Below, piece after piece: positions 32,292 to 39,925 of a stretch of 39,925 bases of DNA. Under the pieces are notes generated by a model. That model was not told where the DNA came from and searched no databases. It saw only the letters and a program-made list of their open reading frames with translations. This DNA comes from Elsinoe ampelina. Taxonomy: Eukaryota. Numbering within the stretch: the stretch's first letter is position 1; each line of letters starts with the position of its first letter. The DNA lies in contig ML992540.1 of the NCBI GenBank assembly GCA_010093995.1, positions 1-39,925 on the forward strand, given 5' to 3'. A program made the position numbers and the translations under genes.

Positions 32292-34036
32292 CTACCTAAA
32301 ATGCGCCTTCCTACCCTCAACATCCACCACGGGTCCAAAGTATGTATTCTTGCCCTTGACAAAGAAGAAGACCAACGACACCAACATGACGACGACAAAG
32401 ATGACCGGAGCCCAATTCATGCCCTCCGCGGTGACCGGGGTAGCCTGGGGCCAGGACACCCAGAACGCAGCCCAGATACCAAAAACCATGGCCGCGGCAT
32501 TGATGGCGACACCGAATCGTCCCAACGAGAAGCGAACCGGCGGCAGCGTCTCCGGGTGGGCGATCTTCCTCCACAACAAGCACCCGATGGACATGGTGTA
32601 GCACAACAGCAACGACAGCACACCCAGCGAGGTGATGGCGTAAAAAGCCACCGGACTCCCGATGTAAATCAACGACAACAAGGTCGCGATGACGGACGAG
32701 AACTGGGACGCGTGCACCGGGATGTTCCGCTTCGAGTCGACAGTGCTAAGCCATTTCGAGAACGGCAGGCCTTGGTCGCGGGCGAAAGCGAAGAGATCGC
32801 GGGACACGGCGGCGAGGTAGACGATGTTGGAGCAGAGGAGGAGGAGGGTGATGACCGCTAGCAGGCCGGACATCCAGCCGATGGACATGGCGGGGCGGAG
32901 GACGTAGATGGCGGGGTAGGTGGTGGGGTCGTCGAGGGCTTCGGCGAGGTCGGGGATGTGGTAGGCTACGGTGACCATGCCGGGGAAGAGGAGGAGGAAG
33001 TTGATAATGTAGGTCGCCATCATGGCTTTGGGGATGGTGACGGCGGCGTCTTTGACTTCTTCGGACATGTGGGCTGCCTGGTGGGGTGGGTTAGTGGTGG
33101 GGACGTGTGCGTACGGGGGGATACTGACGGTGTCGACAGCAGTCTGGTTGCTGAGACCGGACAATTGGCCGACGAGGATGGCGAGGCCCAGGGTGCTCCA
33201 TCCACCTTCGTTGGCGAACTCGGCCCAGACCTGAGTGTGGGTGGCAGTTGGAGAGCTGACCCAGATGGGAACGAGGTAGGCAAAGTATGCTGCAACGTGG
33301 ATGGCGAAGACCGCGTTCTGCCAGTAGGGGAGCGCTCTGGAACCGTATACATTGGCGACATATGCGACGAGCATGGAGGCTATGGCCAAGAGTGTGCTGT
33401 GCCAGGCCGGGAAGGCGTAGTCTTCGTTGTTGAGCAGGATGATCGTCTGTATGATTGATCCGGCCAAAAACATGCCGACGCAGTTACCAGCTTGCCATGC
33501 AATGGTTGATACCCAGCTGAGACTTGTTAGGTATGTTCAAAAGTGCCGGCTCGCGGTGCTTACCCAGTGATGTAGCTCAGGAATCTCTGGCAGTTCTCTG
33601 GCGCAAACTCACTGACCCAGTGGTACTGTGCCCCAGCGATAGGCGCCATAGATGCCATCTCGGCCATGGAGAGGTAGATGGGAGCGAACCCGACGAAGCA
33701 CCAGAGAGAGTTCCACAGCAACCCTGCTCGACCACCGTCGACAAGTGCTGGAGTGATCAAGAACAGACCGAGCTCCCAACTGGCAGTCGCAATGGCAGTA
33801 AAGGATGTGATGGAGAAGAAGCGAAAGTATCGGACGAGCTGTTGCTCCTTGCCCATACGTCTCATGTTGGCATGATCCGCCGAGGTCGACTTTGTCTTTT
33901 CGAGAATAGCATCCTGGGCCTCTAGTGAAGTGGAGTTCTCTCCGTCCAACTCCTTGACTGCCGGATTGATATCATCCTTGTCGTGGGCAGCAATACCCGA
34001 CCTGTCAGTCAATTCCATATCCTGGTGTCTCTGCAT
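32292..34036 (-). CDS. APC-superfamily permease (ACT family, GABA/choline/polyamine-transporter-like); exons 34036-33564, 33516-33129, 33077-32292
   Basis: 'D.ANMRRMGKEQQLVRYF', 'SMAEMASMAPIAGAQYHWVSEFAP', 'GWVSTIAWQ', 'AAHMSEE', 'SRDLFAFARDQGLPFS' and 'MNWA'. Introns GTAAGC..CTAAC..CAG (33517-33563) and GTCAGT..CTAAC..CAG (33078-33128). Confidence 0.9.
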
Positions 34037-34966
34037 CTTGTCAAACGAACGCACAACAGATCTCAAAAATCAAACGTTGGTCAAGCCTCCGACCTCGATC
34101 TCGAACGCAAGAATTGGGGGAGATGAGAGATGTTTAGATGAAAAGACGGTACTTGAAAATATCGGGGTTGGCCTGAATAATGTCCTTACGGGAAATGCGG
34201 CACAGCCAGTATAGCACACGGACAAGCATTCTCCTTCCTCATACGACGGAAGATCCGCGACCATGTATGCGCACGATGCGCACCACTCTCCTCTGGCTGG
34301 TCTAGTTTCCTGTACCTGTCGCAGTCCAAGCCGCAAGCGAATTTAGGCAACTCTGGCGGCGGCGGGAGGGAAAAAATCAGTAAGATTAACGAGATGAGGA
34401 GGCAATATCGACACGGCACGTTGGTACTGTACGCCGCATCAGGGTCCCAATGTCAGATCTGGGCTTCTCTGATTCGACCAACATGTCGCCGCTGACTCGG
34501 TAGTTGAATCTGGACTGCAGTGGTCTCCGACCCTTTTACGACATGGGATCTCCAGTGGCTGCATGATTGGTGGGGGGATTGGCGGCTTCACCCACGCCAT
34601 TGATCATGCACAGAGCTTCGCAAGTCTTGTCCTTTTCGCCCCCCCCTCCCGGTAAATATGTCCCAGAGCTGGTTGATTGAGTTTCACTGATCTGTTGGAA
34701 AATGCTGGGAAAAGCGCCAAAAGGCGGAGATGGAGATGCTAGCGTGGCCAAGCTCGACTGGTAGTCTGCCCGCGCGTTACGGCATAGCATCTGCCGTTAC
34801 AGGTTCCCATACGGCCGCCCGTCGCACAACAGCTTTATCCTGACTCTGTTCCTTGCGATGGGAAACAAGCCATGGCTGTATCTGGGACGGGGGAATGTTA
34901 TAGAAAGTACCTGGGTTCCGTCCCACGCGGGACCTCTGGCATTTTGACTCTGGAAACTGTGACTAC

Positions 34967-36375
34967 ATGTCTGATACGACAGGTGCAGTCGACGCGGCGC
35001 CGCCAGAGGTGGTTGGCACAGGGAATACAGCACCTGGGTTAACGACTGCGACCGTCTTGTTTTTCGTCTGGGGCGCATTGTCGCTGGGTATCCGATTATG
35101 GGTCAAAGCACGAGACGGTAACACGTTTGGCAAAGATGATACTGCAATTTCACTCGCTGCTGTGAGTATTGGATTCTGCTTCTTGTTCGGCCGCATCTGA
35201 CTGGGTGTTCTACAGTTCGCGTCTCTAGCACACGTCGTCTCTGTGTGCTGGGCCATACACCGCGGCTATGGGGGCGATTGGACAGCCATTGAATCCGGCG
35301 TACAATTGGATATCCTCAAGGTGAGCTCTTGTACTTCGTTCGAGAGAAAATTCCGTCGCTGATCGCTGTCAACAGGCCTTCTTCGCTGGGCAAGTCACCT
35401 ATATTCTCTCAATCGGCCTTTCTCGCATGTCGATGAGCTTCTTCTCTGAACGCTTTCTCACACGCACATTTCGCACTCGATTACTGGCAAATACTTTGAC
35501 AGGGTTATACGCTTTATGGGCGGTTGTCTCGACCCTGATCATCGCTCTTCGCGGTCCGCTTGCGGAACCATGGTTGACAACGGACGGTTCATCGTCAATG
35601 GTATGGTTCAGCCAGATTTTCGACAAATCCTCCGAAATGCTAACGCTGCTCAGTACTATCGATGGGTTGGCGTCGAAGTCGTCGGTCTTGCTATCGATAT
35701 TGGTTCGGTAGTCATGTCGACGTGCATGATTTGGGGTCTCCAGATGCCGCTCAGGAAACGCCTCGCTGTCGCTGCCATCTTCTGCAGTCGTCTGTTGTAA
35801 TTGCTGTCCCCTGCCAAGGACCATGACACCATACTGATTCGTGTAGGATTATCGGCCTCGTTGCCCTTCGCCTTTGGAAGCTCTACCCCGCCGATGATAC
35901 CGAGGTCGTCGAGCCCCCCCTCGTCGGCTTGATCTTCACCGAGGCAGTCATGAATGCCACCTTCATTCTGGTATCGGTCACCTGCCTGAAACCATTCCTC
36001 CAACCATTTGCTCCTGGCGTTTTCGTCGCCAGCGCTGGAGATGCTGGAGTTTCCGCATTCAGCGCCGCGATGAAAGGATCAAGAGGAGGACCGGTACACG
36101 AGCTCAACAGCACGAGCAGTCGATCACGGACTGACAAGGAGATGATGCACGAGACCGTAAGACCAGGCGGCAGTGGAGAGGCCAGCGAAGACGAACGAGT
36201 CCTGATCTCGCAGTCAGGGACTTCTCCCCGGGCATGGCGACCTGATCAAGTCGAGCATCAGGTTGAGGTGAGGCCGAGGCCGGCGGATCAACAGTATCAG
36301 AACCACCATCGCACTGACGACAGGGCTATATCGATGACCCACGGGTGGACTGTCAGCTATGATAGGTCGAAATGA
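34967..36375 (+). CDS. PTH11-like (non-CFEM) fungal rhodopsin-domain integral membrane protein; exons 34967-35161, 35216-35320, 35376-35600, 35654-35796, 35847-36375
   Basis: Four canonical introns give one continuous frame. Motifs 'IRLWVK....FGKDD', 'GYG', 'YILSIGLSRMS', 'IWGLQMPLRKRLAVAAIFCSRLL' and 'CLKPFL'. About 7 hydrophobic segments and a hydrophilic tail. Confidence 0.82.
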
Positions 36376-38003
36376 GCCCTCTGCTCGCTGGTATGGGCTC
36401 GGTTTGGGTTTCACTTCTTCCGTCAAGGTCTCAACAGAACTTGATGGTCTTGTATACATTAGTAGCCATAACTTATAGCTTGAAGGAATACCAGGCTGCG
36501 CGAGCAGCACCGATACGATCTCACGAAGCCACTTTATACATGCGACGACCGCCGCCGCCGGAGTCACCATCCGGTGATGCGAGCGCTAACTTAACTTAGG
36601 AAGCATCACCAAGTTCCCGACACCCCTCCGACATTGTCACTCGGATTCTTCCCTCCTGCCTCGCTGCCACACCCGATGTTTCTCTGCGCCATGTTCCATG
36701 ATGGCCCTTTCCCCTTGATGCTTTCACTGTCCTCCTTCCGTGCCATCGCTGCTGGACCTCTGGCTCTTGTCGTGGCCCTTTCTCATTGCATTTCTCATCA
36801 TCCTTGCACATTGTGCTTTCTCATCGCTCTGCTCATCGCGCTCTTCCCTTTCCCTCCGCTGCAGTTCATCCATCATCCTTCTCATGGTTCTTTCACCATT
36901 GCCCTCCGTCCCTTGCTCCCTCACCTCTCCCTCCCCATCTTTCATTTTCTCCCTCCCTCCTTCCTTCCTTCTTGCTTTGCTCTGTCCGAGCCGAATGTCA
37001 TCAGCGCCCTTCGCTCATCATCCATTGAACATTCCACCTCATTAGTCCTCGCTGTCCATCAACTACAAGCAGTCATCACTTTGCACCTTCTAAGACTCAA
37101 GAGACCTTCTAGTCTAATGTCGGCTCTCGGAATCGAGGCTCCTGAAGTTTTTCACCGGAACAACCTTCGATTTGAATCCAAAAAGCCGCCTAAGTTATAA
37201 GTTATGACAGCGGCTAGTAATGCGGGGACATTGGGGGTTGCGGAGATGTCGGATCTGCCTTGGGCCCTGGACCTTGAGTAGGACAGATGCTTGGATGGTT
37301 TTCGATGGTCCATCGTCCTCGGAAGAAGGTTCCAACGATCTTCTGACGAGTCGCTTCCGATTGCGAGCTGCCTGGACTTCTGAGAAGTTGCAGTCAGTGC
37401 CCATGGGAATCTCACCTGCGTCTTCAGAAGGTTAAGTTATCGGCAGGGCAATGTTTCAGTCGAGCAATGAGGTGGACAACGCCAACTTGGGGAAGCAAAA
37501 GCAGAGGGTGTCTCAGACTCGACGTCCCCGACCAACAAGGGTTGGATAGGTTTCAATTGATCGCACAGCTCGAATGTGAGTGCTGGGCCTCGGTAGCATC
37601 TGAGCTCCTGTTCACTTTTGGTCTCTCGAGAGGGCAAAATTGTGGTCAATCGTGATAAGAAGTTCAGGCACCTCAAAAACTGGCTCCTCTTTGAACTCAC
37701 GAGCCGGTACCGCGTGACGAAAACTTCACGGCTTCACAAGCGATGCCTTCGTGGTATGCCTGGAACCGATGGGAATCGCGACAACTCCAATGGATTTGGG
37801 TTGCAAGTCAGCGGCACATTGAGCAACAGGACAATGGCGCAATCAGACTGAAGTGCGACGGCACGCTGACTGGAATCAGCAGACGTTGTTGCCATGAAAG
37901 CATTTGAAATGGCAGTGAGGTCTCTGTACCTTGGCACGTCCCTGAAGCCGCCCGCCTATGGTGTGCAAGCACACGCAATGCTGCAGGCTGGAGAACTGTT
38001 GTA

Positions 38004-38048
38004 ACGTGATCCACCCACAATCCGCGCATCCCCACAATCCGCGCACGC
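38004..38048. repeat. Terminal inverted repeat (3' end of element 1) with two internal CCCACAATCCGCGCA direct repeats
   Basis: ACGTGATCCACCCACAATCCGCGCATCCCCACAATCCGCGCACGC, with the 15-mer at 38014-38028 and 38031-38045. Confidence 0.85.
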
Positions 38049-38091
38049 AAAACGGCACTTTTGAACAAGAATAGTCAATTACTCAGTCAGT

Positions 38092-39756
38092 CTAGGCTAG
38101 CTCGTCTTCTAAATCATCAGGTATCTCAATAAGTACCTCCTCTTCTGATTCCTCCGGCGTAGGTGTCGGCGTAGGTGTTTTTTTGCGCTTTTTGCCCTTC
38201 TTCTTCTTTATCTCTTCTTCGGCTTGACGAAGGATATTAATTGTTTCTTGCTTACTAAAGACAAACCGGCCTTCGACAGCGACGCGTTTGCCGCTTTTCT
38301 TACGCTTACGCGTCTCGAGAAGCTGTCGCTGTTGTTCAATTTCGCGCCGTAACAACGTAAGAGCTGCTGTCGACAATTCGAATTGTAACGTCATTTTCGA
38401 GATATATCGCTTGACTAGTGATTCGACGTCAACGACGGCTATACGCGCGTTAAGACTACGGTTGACCGTACGTAGACTTGCGCCGGATTATAGCGACCCT
38501 AACCGTAAGGCTGTTTAATCGAATTAGCTAGTTTCCGTCGGGGTAATTGCCCGATTAGGCGATTTGTTACGTAATTCGTGTAGCAAATTAGCGAGCACTA
38601 TAATAGGGCTTATCGGATAGATACCGGAGTGTTCGAAACCAGATTTGATATTCCTTGCGGTTAGAGCGTGCGTTCTTGCGTTTGCGTAGGATTCGGCCTA
38701 CTATACGCGGTATATTTGGCCTGGATCGAGGCGGAATAGATTATCAATCTCTTTCGTAAGGGCTGTTTTTAACGGTGAAAAACAGGCTACGTCGAGTGGC
38801 TGGAGGATGTGCGATGTATAAGGAGGAAACACAACAAGGTCGATATTGTGCTAGAAACAGAAGAGGGCGAACGCAGCCGTAACGTGCGAGCTATGGCCGT
38901 CTAGAACAAGGAGGCGTTAACGACCGTTAATGTCACGTGTTTCGGGCTTAAATATCGTCGTAAGCCACTCAAAACCGTGTACGTCACTCGTCCAGCCTTT
39001 ATTCGATGTTAAGAATCGCCATCCAGCGGGCCACGGGTCTAGAATCTAGTTTGTTTAGAGGTTTTTAGCCTTGTATATTACAAGGGGGGGTAGCGTGTCT
39101 CTAGAGGCTCGTACACATTCTAGAATTAATATCCACTCTTGTCGGCCGATAACGCGTTTTCTAGCCTTCTTTCGGCGGTAGTTGTTTTTAGTACTGACTA
39201 GTACACGTGTTGATTGTGTTGTTCCGACTGTATAACCTACCTCGTCGAGGTTATAGACGTTAGAAGGAGAGTAGTTGTGCTTTTCGAACAAGTCGGATAA
39301 CGCGTTAAAGAACGGCGCAATAGCCTCGTACGTTCTAGCCTTTATCCTTGACGATTTAAGCTGTCGAGTCTAAAGGCTTTTTAGTCGCGGATGACGTTTA
39401 CGTAGCCGGAATAGCCAATTCTTGCTAATAGGCTATAATAGAGACGTTGGAAGAGTGTTGTTTAAAACGCGCGTTCTATGGCGGATAATCTCGACAACGA
39501 GCTCTAGTGCGAATAAGGGTGTAGCAGGTGTTCCTAGGCTATCGAGCTGAACAAGATAGTCAATAAGCGATTCTTCTTCGGCCGGCGATAGTAATTGGCG
39601 CGGTAGATTCCTTGTAGTACGCGATTGATGGCTGTGATATCTATCTCGAAGAGTAGACGGTGGAATATTAAACGCGTATGTAGCAGCTCGAAGAGAGTCG
39701 TAAGTATCGTTCCGATAGCCTCGGAGAGCAGCCTCGATATCTGCTTCAGAATACAT
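38092..39756 (-). pseudogene. DDE_1 (pogo/Fot1) transposase pseudogene
   Basis: HTH 'SLRAATYAFNIPPSTLRDR', 'LLSPAEEESL', 'NVYNLDEVGY', 'ECV....TLPPLVIYKAK', 'SNKGWTSD', 'RLLVLDGHSSHVT' and 'PPYTSHILQPLDVACFSPLK'. In-frame TAA/TAG stops, e.g. 38917-38919 and 38851-38853. Confidence 0.92.
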
Positions 39757-39832
39757 AATAGAACAGCTCGAATTGTAATGTTTGTCACGTAGGAAGGAGG
39801 GATAATCACGAAGCTAACGCGTAAAATATATA

Positions 39833-39925
39833 ACGTGACCCACCCACGAGTCGCGCACCCCCACAATTCGCGCACGCCCCTATATATATAACGCGTAATC
39901 TTCGTGACTATTCCTTCTTCCTACG
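39833..39925 (+). mobile_element. 5' end (TIR plus subterminal region) of a second related pogo/Fot1 element, running out of the window
   Basis: TA at 39831-39832, then a 45-bp TIR 39/45 identical to 38004-38048 in the same orientation. 39891-39925 is 30/35 identical to the reverse complement of 39788-39822 (5' leader of element 1). Confidence 0.75.

Larger units (their letters stand above)
38004..39830 (-). mobile_element. pogo/Fot1-type Tc1-mariner DNA transposon, RIP-inactivated; 3' TIR present, 5' TIR absent or displaced
   Basis: TA at 38002-38003, then a TIR starting ACGT. Transposase remnants on the minus strand with HTH and DDE_1 motifs. Confidence 0.9.

Noticed and set aside
36634..37200. 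188-aa hydrophobic + strand ORF
   Set aside because: Leu/Ser/Pro/Phe content simply mirrors the C/T-rich tract; non-ATG start and no family motif.
38004..39877. Direct repeats interpreted as LTRs or a CRISPR-like array
   Set aside because: Only 45 bp, begin with TA|ACGT like Fot1/pogo TIRs and flank a DDE_1 transposase; no TG..CA ends, gag/pol or spacer array.

Overview
Gene-dense euchromatic segment of a filamentous ascomycete (Pezizomycotina) genome: short GT-AG introns with CTRAC/CTRAY branch points and fungal-type proteins. From left to right: the 3' end of a RING+SNF2 helicase resembling the DNMT5/Rad8 family; a small secreted Gly/Pro-rich protein; SF3b p14; a PHD-JmjC (Jhd1/KDM2-like) histone demethylase; RPB5; a Ppm1-type leucine carboxyl methyltransferase carrying an unexpected ~296-aa in-frame insertion with five CCHC zinc knuckles; a coiled-coil/Mcp5-type PH protein; UBA4; 5-oxoprolinase; an amino-acid permease; a GH53 galactanase; a Kex2-type small secreted protein; an APC permease; and a PTH11-like membrane protein. 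At the right end is a RIP-mutated pogo/Fot1 DDE transposon whose 5' end appears interrupted by a second, oppositely oriented family member. Most notable are the zinc-knuckle insertion in Ppm1, the nested head-to-head transposons and recurrent C-rich to G-rich strand-skew flips near gene 3' ends. All calls come from reading motifs by eye; no database searches were run, and intron models are manual.
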